Source of the DNA: a virus
DNA length: 64,000 bases
Direction: 5' to 3' (one strand)
IMG/VR virus record: IMGVR_UViG_3300005077_000003
Coordinates: 1-64,000 of that record
Shown: one piece after another, positions 1-8,664 of the stretch
How the letters are laid out: the number at the start of each line of letters is the position of its first letter
Numbering within the stretch: the stretch's first letter is position 1
The notes under the pieces: generated by a model
The model's database searches: none
What the model was told of the DNA's origin: nothing
The model's input: only the letters and a program-made list of their open reading frames with translations
Made by a program: the position numbers and the translations under genes

Positions 1-742
1 GGCTTGAAATATGTCCATCAGCCTCAAAAACAACTCTAAGGAACTCTCTTTTAGCATTATATGACCATTTTTGTATTTCCGGTGATAAGTATTTATCTTG
101 TTTACGTACAAATGTATTAAATTTCTTTACTAAAGGTAGCAATTTATTGTCATAACTTCTAAATCTAGTAAACTCTTCAACATTAACTGTTTCATCTTTT
201 TTAGTAGTAAACTTTACACCATACCTTTCCAAGACACTCTCAACATGTGCTCGTGAAATCTTATCTACTGTTTGAATTTCTGCAATAAATTCATTACCTT
301 TATATGAGTATGTTCCTCCATCAGTTAGTAGCCATCCTACCAAAGCTGCTTCTACTATTTCTGGCTCTAAATAAAATGGACCTTTATCTTCTACCTTAGA
401 CTTGGTAGGCTCTTCTAATTCTGGATGGCTTGCAAACTTTAAATAAGATCCGGGTTTTAGTTCTCCTGCAGTAATCCAACTAAATTCAACTCTATTTCTA
501 GAATTAGGCTCACCAGCAAGTATAAGATGATCTTCTGTCAGCTCTATTGTTCTATTGTCTGATAGCGTAATTTTTAAAACATATTTTTTACCATTATATT
601 TTGTTGCGAGTACATCTACCCATTCATTTAGCCCGTTGCTTACTTTATAAGGTACATTTTTATTTTCTATAAATTCTTCATGGATATCTTTGATAGCTTT
701 GTAGCCTTTATTTGTTAATACTGGAGCATGTCCAGGCTGGCA
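1..742 (-). mobile_element. Intein with LAGLIDADG endonuclease in RNR (partial)
   Basis: After LSA the frame reads CQPGHAPVLTNKGYKAIKDI (block A), LTEDH (block B), ALVGWLLTDG and FLRVVFEADG (LAGLIDADG motifs). Confidence 0.85.
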
Positions 743-1021
743 TGCACTTAACATTTGTACATCTTTACCAGCATTCATTAGTGTAGGGCTATTTGGTATA
801 AAATACCCTTTAGCCATTATATTATAATATTCTACAGTAAGATCATAGTCTGAAAGACCATCTTTTTTATCTCCCTCAGCAATAGAACTAGCTACTCTCC
901 AAAACATTTCTTTTGGAGTTTCTATTACTTTACCATTTTCATCTTTCCTTAAATATCTTTTATTAAGGACTGTTATGGCGTTATTTGTAAGTTGCGGTTC
1001 TATTAAATCTTCTTTATTCAT
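1..1021 (-). CDS. nrdJ: Class II (B12-dependent) ribonucleotide reductase, N-terminal part, intein-containing; runs off window
   Basis: Manual translation from ATG at 1021: ...NNAITVLNKRYLRKDENGKVIETPKEMFWRVA...LLPNSPTLMNAG...MLSAC; absent from ORF track because truncated. Confidence 0.85.
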   Translation of the reverse strand, partial: MNKEDLIEPQLTNNAITVLNKRYLRKDENGKVIETPKEMFWRVASSIAEGDKKDGLSDYDLTVEYYNIMAKGYFIPNSPTLMNAGKDVQMLSACQPGHAPVLTNKGYKAIKDIHEEFIENKNVPYKVSNGLNEWVDVLATKYNGKKYVLKITLSDNRTIELTEDHLILAGEPNSRNRVEFSWITAGELKPGSYLKFASHPELEEPTKSKVEDKGPFYLEPEIVEAALVGWLLTDGGTYSYKGNEFIAEIQTVDKISRAHVESVLERYGVKFTTKKDETVNVEEFTRFRSYDNKLLPLVKKFNTFVRKQDKYLSPEIQKWSYNAKREFLRVVFEADGHISS

Positions 1022-1023
1022 GA

Positions 1024-1410
1024 TTATAATTTTGCAAATTCTTTTCCTACCTTTATACCTACCTTCTTTTCAACTGCTTCAATAATTTCTTTAGGCAATA
1101 CTATGTCTTTTCTTTTCCGCAACATCCTTACATCATCTGGTACATCAAGTTCAGTAATTAATAAATTATTTAATGGATCACATAATATATTTTTTTGCAT
1201 ACCAGGGTACATAAAAACAATAGTATTCCATTGGCTGCCCGTAGTAATTGAGTATGTATGTACTTTGCCATAGTAATCTACTGACAAACCTCTAAATATA
1301 AGTTTGTTTTTATATGATATGAATTCATAAGTATAATTAAACTTACGTTTATTTAATATCACCGATCTTGATGCATATACACTTATAGATATTCCTATTT
1401 TACTTGGCAT
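1024..1410 (-). CDS. Hypothetical protein
   Basis: ORF track; tightly packed and co-oriented. Confidence 0.6.
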   Translation of the reverse strand: MPSKIGISISVYASRSVILNKRKFNYTYEFISYKNKLIFRGLSVDYYGKVHTYSITTGSQWNTIVFMYPGMQKNILCDPLNNLLITELDVPDDVRMLRKRKDIVLPKEIIEAVEKKVGIKVGKEFAKL

Positions 1411-1426
1411 AAGGTTTAACTTTTTA

Positions 1427-1681
1427 TTACTCCTTTTTATCTAAAAAGTTCTTTAGTCTATCAGCATACCAGCTGGCCTTGCCTATATCTTTATCAAAGC
1501 TTCCTTTAAAATTGCAGCGGGTAGAATACTTTATTATATTACCAAGTAAATAACCAATAAACTGTTCTCTTGTTAGCTTGGCTTCTATAACATCTATAGT
1601 CTCTATTCCATTATGAGTATAATGTTCTGGATGATTTACTTCATCCTTTGTGTATTGATTTGCTTTAGGCATATTAATCAT
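1427..1681 (-). CDS. DUF3310-family phage protein
   Basis: VNHPEHY...IETID...GNIIKY..R...K...D..KA.WY pattern. Confidence 0.8.
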   Translation of the reverse strand: MINMPKANQYTKDEVNHPEHYTHNGIETIDVIEAKLTREQFIGYLLGNIIKYSTRCNFKGSFDKDIGKASWYADRLKNFLDKKE

Positions 1682-1886
1682 CTTCTATCTCAATAGCTTT
1701 TACTTCTTTATCGTAGTCCTCACACCAATAGAAGTCACACCAATATAAATCATCTAAAGCATGTCTAAGAGAATTATCTATATCAGTTGGATCTAGTAAT
1801 AGCGTAGCTTCTTGTTTAATATTTTCACCACCACGTTCTGGGCATATAAATTTTGTCATATCATTAGAAAAAATTAGAGCGCGCAA
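1674..1886 (-). CDS. Hypothetical protein
   Basis: ORF track; overlaps neighbour by 8 nt. Confidence 0.55.
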   Translation of the reverse strand: MRALIFSNDMTKFICPERGGENIKQEATLLLDPTDIDNSLRHALDDLYWCDFYWCEDYDKEVKAIEIEDD

Positions 1887-1922
1887 AGCACGCTCCTATA
1901 CATAGGTTCTAGTAGTAATTAT

Positions 1923-2249
1923 CTATTCCTTTTTATTAAAGTTTAACACTGATGAAAAATATAATTCAGCAAATTCTTTATTATCTATAAAGACCGATGT
2001 GAGTCCTTGTTCAAGTCCTCTTGTTTGTGATTCAGAAATACCTAGGTCAAATAAGTCTGATATAGCATGAATTATTTCATGTAAGAATGTAGTTGTATAC
2101 ATAGTACTATCTGGGCTACCAGCTAATGGTCCAAGTTCTATAGAATTTCTAGTGCTACTCCATTGAGCATATGCACCACTAAGCTCTGGAACATTTACAA
2201 CTCTAACATTTACCGCTCCTATCCTACGTTTCTTTTGTACTGTTATCAT
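1923..2249 (-). CDS. Small HExxH metallopeptidase-like protein
   Basis: FLHEIIHAI motif; 4-nt overlap with dnaE stop. Confidence 0.6.
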   Translation of the reverse strand: MITVQKKRRIGAVNVRVVNVPELSGAYAQWSSTRNSIELGPLAGSPDSTMYTTTFLHEIIHAISDLFDLGISESQTRGLEQGLTSVFIDNKEFAELYFSSVLNFNKKE

Positions 2250-5200
2250 GGCATTAAGCTAGAAAGCGAATTTTTTAACGAAGAAGAAAGTTTTACTTTT
2301 AGATTTGTATTTAAATATGCTACCCTACCGTGAAAATCAATGACTTTAAATCTTACTGGTATATTACCAGGATACAATTTAATTTCATTAATGAGCTTTT
2401 CTATCCTATCTATGTTTCCGTCGCTGTAAATGGGTAATAATAATTCATCAATTACATTAATATGTTCATCTAGTGGCTTAAATGAGTACAAAATAAATTT
2501 AGATGCTTCTTCCCGTGAATCAATTCTGCCTTGAGCAATTATAATTGTTGCCTTTTTAAACTCTTCTTCTAAGGTTTTAGCTATAATTGAGTATAAATTA
2601 GAAAATATCATTATATTTGCTGATCCAGTAAGATCCTCAAATAAAATGCGCGCATACTTTTTCCCTTTATTTGGTCCAGTTTTAATTGTACCAGGATTTA
2701 TTTGAGAAATTATCCCAACTAATTTTATATCCTTCCTATCTACAGTAGTAGTCTCTATTTCTCTTACAAGCATAGTCCTGGCAAGGGATGCCTCAAATTT
2801 CTTTTCATCTAGCGGGTGACCAGACAAAAAGAAGTTATAAACGTCTCTTTCTGCTATTAGTTGTTCCTGATGTGACCAAGTAATACTATTATCAATTGTA
2901 GGGTACTTCAGCTTCGCCTGTTTGCCGTTTTTTACAGCAGTACGGTACTTACGTATCTGCTTAATGCAGTCCTCTACAGAGGCGTACAGAGCGGCTCTGG
3001 GGGAACCTAAAAAATCAAGACAACCAGCCTTAATAATAGACTCAATTACATTCTTCCTGGCCAATTTGGGGTCAAGGTCTTTAAATATATCAATTATATT
3101 GTCGCCAGATATATTTGACTCAACTAATATTTTTGTAGGTTCTTCTCCAATACCTTTTACGCCACCAATACCAATTCTAATAGAATTATCTTTCTCTGGC
3201 TTAAACTCCCAAGAGCAATTTCTTATATCAGGTGGCAATATATTTATATTGTGCTCTCTGGCATCATATATAAATGCTTTTAATTTATCCATATCACCCT
3301 GGTCACCTTCAGTAGTCATATTAGCGCAATAAAATTCTAATGGGTAGTATACTTTTAAATAAGCTGTCCAATATGAAAGGTGGGCATAAGAAACTGCGTG
3401 GGCCTTGCAGAAATTGTAAGATGAAAACTTAATTATCTCATTCCATAACTCAACCCCTTTAGCCTCTCCAATTTTTTTCGTGTTTTTTATGCCATTAAGC
3501 CATTTTTCTTCTAATGACTTCATTAGTTCAGGCAACTTTTTGCCCATTGCTTTTCTTAGTATATCTGCTTCAGCTTGAGTAAAGCCCGCTAATATCTGTG
3601 CAAGCCACATAGCTTGTTCTTGGTATAATTGTAAACCATAAGTTTCTTCAAGATATTTTTTTACATCTTTATGTGGATATGCTACTTCTTCTTCTTTATT
3701 CTTTCTTTTTATATAAGAGTCTAATATTCCACTAGTAATAGGACCAGGTCTAAATAGTGCTATGGCCGCTGTGATATGTTCAAATTTAGTTGGTTTAACT
3801 TTACGCAATAAATCTTTCATGCCTTCAGAAAAGCATTGGAATACACCCTCTGTATCTCCTTTTCTAAAGAGACCAAATACCTTTCTGTCATTTAATTCCA
3901 AAGTTTCTAAGTTTATGCTAATATTGTGTCTTTCCTTTATTAAGTTTATACACTTAGAAATAGTAGTTAATGTTTGCAGCCCTAAAAGGTCAAATTTGAC
4001 TAATCCAGCTTTTTCGCAATTTTCACCATCCCATTGAGTTACAATAGATTCATCTTTAGCTCTTGCTAATGGTACTACTTCATATATTGGTCTATCTGCT
4101 ATTATAAATCCAGATGCGTGCACACCCATTGAGCTGGCAATATCTTCTAATTTTATTGCAGTATCAAATACACTTGGGTATTTTTTGGCAGCATCTTGTA
4201 ATTTTACATCTTTCTGTATGGCGTCCTTAAGGGACATACCATCACCACAGCTTTTTGCTAGCCAATCAGCATCACTGAGTGGTATATCAAAAACCTTGGC
4301 AACCCTTCTTACAGAAGACCTGGCGCCAAATCTTCCTATAGTGCATATATTGGCTACTCTATCAGCTCCGTGTTTATCTTGTAAATAGCTAAATACCTCT
4401 TCCCTTCTATCTTTACATAAGTCTATATCTATATCTGGTGGTGAAATTCTTTCTGGATTCAAAAATCTGGTAAATATTAACCCATGTTCTATAGGATCAA
4501 CAGCAGTAATGCCAAGTAGGTAACTAATAATAGAACCAGCAGCACTTCCTCTGCCTGGTCCGACAGGTATTTCTTTGCTTTTTGCATAATCTATAAAATC
4601 TTTTACTGTCAAAAAATATGACGCATAATTCATTTTATCTATTATTCCTAATTCATAATCAGCTCTCTCTTTTGCGGCCTTTATATCAGTGTATAAATTA
4701 GGAATATTAGAATATACCAGTTCTTTTAGATATTCTATGTGTGTTTTATTACCAGAGTCAAATTCTGGGAAAACCCAGGAACCCTTTCCCATATTCACAT
4801 TCGCTCTTTCAGCTATTACCATAGTTTGTTTGATAGCATCTGGCATATCCTTAAATGTATTTATCATTTGACTGGTTGATTTAGCAAATACATCACTAGT
4901 ATCAAATCTAAATCTATTAGTATCATTTTTTAGTGACTTAGTGGATATGGCTAGCAAAGTATCATGAAAATCACAGTCTTCATGTCTAGTAAAATGAATA
5001 TCATTAGTAGCTACTACCGGTAAATTAAATTCTTTAGATAGTTGTACTAAACCAGAATTTACTTTATCTTGTATTAGTATACCATTACGCTGTACCTCAA
5101 TCCAGAAATTATCTCTCCCAAATATGTCAACAAATTTAGCTACCTGTTCTTTTGCCAGCAGATAATTATCATTTCTAAGGTGTTCATTAATTAATCCAGA

Positions 5201-5614
5201 TAGGCATCCAGACAAACATATAATACCTTTTGATCTTTTTTCTAAAATAGCATCATCTATTCTAGGGCGTGTGCTTTTACCCTCTATAAAAGCTATAGAG
5301 CTTATATAAAATAAATTTCTAAGTCCCTCATCATTCTCTGCTAGCAAAGTAAGGTGATTTGTCTTGTTGATTTTAGTATGTTTTCTTAGTCTACTAATTT
5401 GTGCTGTATATATTTCACAACCTATTATTGGCTTAATATCTTTACTTTTACATTCATTGTAAAAGTGCATTGTTCCATGCATATTGCCATGATCAGTAAT
5501 AGCAGCTGCATGCTGCTTATTTTTTACAACTTCTGATACATAGTTTTCAACCTTATTGGCTCCGTCGAGCCAGCTGTACTCTGTGTGCGAATGAAGGTGG
5601 ACAAATTCTTTCAT
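2246..5614 (-). CDS. dnaE: DNA polymerase III alpha subunit
   Basis: PHP domain (HLHSHTEYS..DG, AITDHG), GRGSAAGS, PDIDIDL, KFDLLGL, YQEQ, FCKAHA, C-terminal OB fold. Confidence 0.97.
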   Translation of the reverse strand: MKEFVHLHSHTEYSWLDGANKVENYVSEVVKNKQHAAAITDHGNMHGTMHFYNECKSKDIKPIIGCEIYTAQISRLRKHTKINKTNHLTLLAENDEGLRNLFYISSIAFIEGKSTRPRIDDAILEKRSKGIICLSGCLSGLINEHLRNDNYLLAKEQVAKFVDIFGRDNFWIEVQRNGILIQDKVNSGLVQLSKEFNLPVVATNDIHFTRHEDCDFHDTLLAISTKSLKNDTNRFRFDTSDVFAKSTSQMINTFKDMPDAIKQTMVIAERANVNMGKGSWVFPEFDSGNKTHIEYLKELVYSNIPNLYTDIKAAKERADYELGIIDKMNYASYFLTVKDFIDYAKSKEIPVGPGRGSAAGSIISYLLGITAVDPIEHGLIFTRFLNPERISPPDIDIDLCKDRREEVFSYLQDKHGADRVANICTIGRFGARSSVRRVAKVFDIPLSDADWLAKSCGDGMSLKDAIQKDVKLQDAAKKYPSVFDTAIKLEDIASSMGVHASGFIIADRPIYEVVPLARAKDESIVTQWDGENCEKAGLVKFDLLGLQTLTTISKCINLIKERHNISINLETLELNDRKVFGLFRKGDTEGVFQCFSEGMKDLLRKVKPTKFEHITAAIALFRPGPITSGILDSYIKRKNKEEEVAYPHKDVKKYLEETYGLQLYQEQAMWLAQILAGFTQAEADILRKAMGKKLPELMKSLEEKWLNGIKNTKKIGEAKGVELWNEIIKFSSYNFCKAHAVSYAHLSYWTAYLKVYYPLEFYCANMTTEGDQGDMDKLKAFIYDAREHNINILPPDIRNCSWEFKPEKDNSIRIGIGGVKGIGEEPTKILVESNISGDNIIDIFKDLDPKLARKNVIESIIKAGCLDFLGSPRAALYASVEDCIKQIRKYRTAVKNGKQAKLKYPTIDNSITWSHQEQLIAERDVYNFFLSGHPLDEKKFEASLARTMLVREIETTTVDRKDIKLVGIISQINPGTIKTGPNKGKKYARILFEDLTGSANIMIFSNLYSIIAKTLEEEFKKATIIIAQGRIDSREEASKFILYSFKPLDEHINVIDELLLPIYSDGNIDRIEKLINEIKLYPGNIPVRFKVIDFHGRVAYLNTNLKVKLSSSLKNSLSSLMP

Positions 5615-5629
5615 AATTATTTTAATAAG

Positions 5630-5657
5630 TGTAGGGGGAGATTTTTCTCCCCCTACA
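5630..5657 (-). terminator. GC-rich hairpin 15 nt upstream of dnaE start; probable terminator or processing site
   Basis: TGTAGGGGGAG...CTCCCCCTACA perfect 11-bp stem; weak U tract. Confidence 0.55.
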
Positions 5658-5659
5658 TG

Positions 5660-6010
5660 GTTACTTTATTAATCGTTGAGCCATTTTAATTTTAGTATGA
5701 CATACACTTGGTAAGTACACATTTGATATTTTTATCATATGATCATACTTATGATCATATATAAAAAAGTATATATATATATGATAAACTAGCGTAAAAT
5801 CTGAACTTGTTCAGATTTGAGCGGTTTATCATAGAAAAAACTTGTAAATGTATCATTTACTTATTTCTTATTACTTGAAAAGGCCTCAACGGAAGTTGAG
5901 TAGGCATGCCTGTTAGTACAGCACTGTGTTATATAGTATATCAATTCTTTCATTAGCATCTAATGATAGTATATTTAATATACAACCATGCCTTAAATTA
6001 CATTTCTCTC
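5660..6010 (-). ncRNA. Hairpin-dense non-coding segment downstream of the retron-like RNA (function unknown)
   Basis: Stems at 5737-5760, 5780-5833, 5844-5860, 5885-5900, 5950-5966 and long-range 5902-5908/5987-5993; no ORF in track. Confidence 0.5.
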
Positions 6011-6019
6011 CTCTAAAAC

Positions 6020-6169
6020 AAAAATTGTAGTAGTTACCTAACCATTACTTATATAACAGGTTACAAATCTTTGGAAAAGATTTGTAACTGTGGTAATTAT
6101 CTTTACTACTCATAGAATCAAACTCTATATCTAATTTTTATTAGAATTCTAACTACTTATACAATTTTT
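6020..6169 (-). ncRNA. Candidate retron msr-msd RNA located 3' of the RT gene
   Basis: Terminal inverted repeats 6150-6169/6020-6036; unpaired G at 6149 in TTAG context; two short stem-loops (6130-6145, 6112-6128); 13-bp perfect hairpin 6060-6088. Confidence 0.7.
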
Positions 6170-6175
6170 ATTTTG

Positions 6176-7594
6176 TCATTCTTCAGTTTCCTCAGAAGCC
6201 TGAATTGCCTTTAGAAGATTAGATTTTTCTATGTGTCCAGAGTAAACTAATCTTCTAAAAGTTCTACATCTTTCAAAAAGGTCACTATCTAATACTCTAT
6301 TCCCTACTTTTCTTAAAGTTTTTATTTTTGTTACTAATAATTCATCTGAATCTCTTTTTTCCTTATATGTTTGTTTAAGATTTGAATTATAACAAAATGA
6401 GTGAGCTCTTTTCAAAAAGTAATTATATAAAGCAGATGCTTTTACATAATCTAAGCCAGCTACAAATCTGATATCACCAGATAGTTTGTTGAATTCTTTA
6501 CTATTAAATTCAGTTTCTCCATTAGTAATGAAGTCACATACATAATTGTTTATTGCTGCTCTTATTTCATTATATCTTCTTCTTGAAATAGTTGGAGCAG
6601 CACCCCCTAATGTTACGCCTGTTAATTTAAATCCGTGCTTTTTTGTTAGAAGTCGCGTTTTCTTCTTATTGAGATACATCTTGTTTTTAGCAAGTATTCT
6701 ATTAATTTCTGCCGCGACTCTTCCCTTTGAAATTTTAGGATAAATATTATTATTAGTAATCATGCAAAATGATATAGCTATATCATCTGCATATCTTGTG
6801 TACGTAGCTTTAAAGCCAATAATATTAGTAGTATCTTCTTCTCTAAAGAATAAGTTCCTATTAAACTTAGTTAGCTTTTTCTCTATTTCAAGGTCTGCAT
6901 TTGACATAGCCATATTGGCTAGCCAAGGAGATGTAGGGGCGCCTTGCGGTAGGCTGCCATAAAAGGTACATGCTTTTGTAAGAAGGGTTGCTATTTCTTT
7001 ATAAGTATATTTATTACTTATACTAATGCTCACAATAGCTTTTCTAAAGATATCTTTTACTGCATTAGATTTAATGCTATAAAAGAAATCTTTTATATCA
7101 GCTTTAAATATAACTCCTTTACTCTTTTCGCAAGGAGCTATATTAGGTATATTAGAGATAGCAGGTATTGTATGGTAAGATAATGGAAGAAATCCTTCTC
7201 TTGTAAGCTTAGAGCTTGTCATAGAACAAACATCGCTAGCTCTTGTAATAATATTTTCTTTCTGTAAAATTATAAGACGTAATCCTGATAGTTCACGGAC
7301 ATTTTTGCTATGTGAAGCAGCATTAGTTAAAATACTTTTATTAGGCGCAAAACCATGTATAATTCTATTTGATGTAAAATTATCTTTATAATAGGGATAT
7401 AATATATATTTGTTGATATCTCTTTGGATATTTTTTAATTGCTCTCTGGGCGCGCAAATTATTCTTTTCTTCCCATTTGATTTAGGGATATCAAATATAG
7501 AATATAAATCCTCAGTATTATTGTTTTCATCAAATATATTAATTATATTCTCTATTATTTGAGATAACTTTTCTGATTGTTTTTCTTTATTCAT
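6176..7594 (-). CDS. Retron-type reverse transcriptase
   Basis: IPKSNGKKRII.AP, HGF...SI.TNAASH (region X), DIKDFFYSI, LPQGAPTSP.LAN, YTRYADD, KKTR, LTGV (region Y VTG-like). Confidence 0.9.
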   Translation of the reverse strand: MNKEKQSEKLSQIIENIINIFDENNNTEDLYSIFDIPKSNGKKRIICAPREQLKNIQRDINKYILYPYYKDNFTSNRIIHGFAPNKSILTNAASHSKNVRELSGLRLIILQKENIITRASDVCSMTSSKLTREGFLPLSYHTIPAISNIPNIAPCEKSKGVIFKADIKDFFYSIKSNAVKDIFRKAIVSISISNKYTYKEIATLLTKACTFYGSLPQGAPTSPWLANMAMSNADLEIEKKLTKFNRNLFFREEDTTNIIGFKATYTRYADDIAISFCMITNNNIYPKISKGRVAAEINRILAKNKMYLNKKKTRLLTKKHGFKLTGVTLGGAAPTISRRRYNEIRAAINNYVCDFITNGETEFNSKEFNKLSGDIRFVAGLDYVKASALYNYFLKRAHSFCYNSNLKQTYKEKRDSDELLVTKIKTLRKVGNRVLDSDLFERCRTFRRLVYSGHIEKSNLLKAIQASEETEE

Positions 7595-7606
7595 GAATAA
7601 AAAATA

Positions 7607-7632
7607 ATAGGTGAAGAATTAACTCCACCTAT
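7607..7632 (-). terminator. Intrinsic terminator-like hairpin directly upstream of RT start
   Basis: ATAGGTGGAG-TTAATT-CTTCACCTAT followed by TATTTTTT, 12 nt before ATG. Confidence 0.6.
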
Positions 7633-7657
7633 AAAAAGATTTTATAACAGTAATTAA

Positions 7658-8218
7658 TTAATTACTATTTTTGGTCTCACAGAAGGACTTAACATCCATA
7701 ACGCTGAATATCGCGTAGATGCCTTTTGTACCCCTTTTTGCACAACATAGTATAGGCAAAGTAGGAGTAACTCCTTTAGAAGGTTCGGCATTCTCAGGAA
7801 TATACTTCCTAGCCTGATCAATAAATTCATTAACATACTCTGGACACTCTGATTTAACTTTGAATACTATGAAATCAAACAATAGATCAACGGGTATTCC
7901 TCTTTTAGTAGTAAATAGGAAAAATACCTTTTCAAAGTTTTCTAAGTCTAATATGATATATTCATTTCCTATTAATCCTAATGATATTTTACTAGAATCT
8001 TTAAGTTTCTTAAAGGTATCTATAACCCCTAATCCTGCTGACCTATATTTGCATTCTGCTATTATCTTTGTACCAAGATCTTTCTTGGTGCCAAGCCATA
8101 CTCCTACGTCTGCTACGATTTCGCAGTCAGATTGCGAAAAGTCATCGCCACGTTTCCTTCTGGTAGTATTAAAGTACTTTGCTACGTTGCGTTCTAGTGT
8201 TTTCCAATAGTTGCCCAT
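7658..8218 (-). CDS. PD-(D/E)XK nuclease, Holliday-junction-resolvase-like
   Basis: WKTLERNVAK...RG..F...D...IIAECKYR. Confidence 0.65.
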   Translation of the reverse strand: MGNYWKTLERNVAKYFNTTRRKRGDDFSQSDCEIVADVGVWLGTKKDLGTKIIAECKYRSAGLGVIDTFKKLKDSSKISLGLIGNEYIILDLENFEKVFFLFTTKRGIPVDLLFDFIVFKVKSECPEYVNEFIDQARKYIPENAEPSKGVTPTLPILCCAKRGTKGIYAIFSVMDVKSFCETKNSN

Positions 8219-8265
8219 AGCAAAGTACTCGTTGATTAATTAGGGAATCCTATAGTTAAATAAGT

Positions 8266-8664
8266 TTACCAGGGTTCGCTATTGGTATTTGCTACTTGTG
8301 GTTCATCTTTCTCTGTTTCTTCATAAGAAGATGATCCACCACTATCGGCCATGCGCACTATTTCTGATGTAATTGCGCGTAGCCGCTGTTTTTGTTTCTC
8401 ATGAAGATTTTCATCATCTCCTAATGGAAGCAGCGCATAGTAATTCTGCCATCTTTCTTCACCGTCTTTCTTAAAAGAACGTCTCGGAGTAGCAAGGAAT
8501 TTTTCACCAGTTTTAGAATTCTTTCTAACAGTAATATTATTAAAGTATGCTAAAATACTACCGTCGCTATCAGTAAGTGATAAGTTTGCAGAGCCAAATA
8601 TACCAGCTTTTAGTTGGTTTTCAGTCGGACTCATTACTTTCAGTATATTCCATTTGACCGTCAT
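8266..8664 (-). CDS. SpoVG-like / ssDNA-binding protein
   Basis: FNNITVRKN..TGEKFLATPRR resembles SpoVG fold; acidic tail. Confidence 0.5.
   Translation of the reverse strand: MTVKWNILKVMSPTENQLKAGIFGSANLSLTDSDGSILAYFNNITVRKNSKTGEKFLATPRRSFKKDGEERWQNYYALLPLGDDENLHEKQKQRLRAITSEIVRMADSGGSSSYEETEKDEPQVANTNSEPW

Noticed and set aside
5770-5782. (AT)n microsatellite
   Set aside because: Short, expected in AT-rich DNA, and better seen as a linker between hairpins
5615-6175. CRISPR-like or evenly spaced direct-repeat array beside the RT
   Set aside because: Only inverted repeats and short shared motifs; no regular direct repeats; no cas genes in the window
6176-7594. RT as part of a diversity-generating retroelement or group II intron
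   Set aside because: NAxxH and VTG-like motifs are retron-type; no TR/VR repeat pair, Avd-like gene, maturase domain or intron domain V was seen
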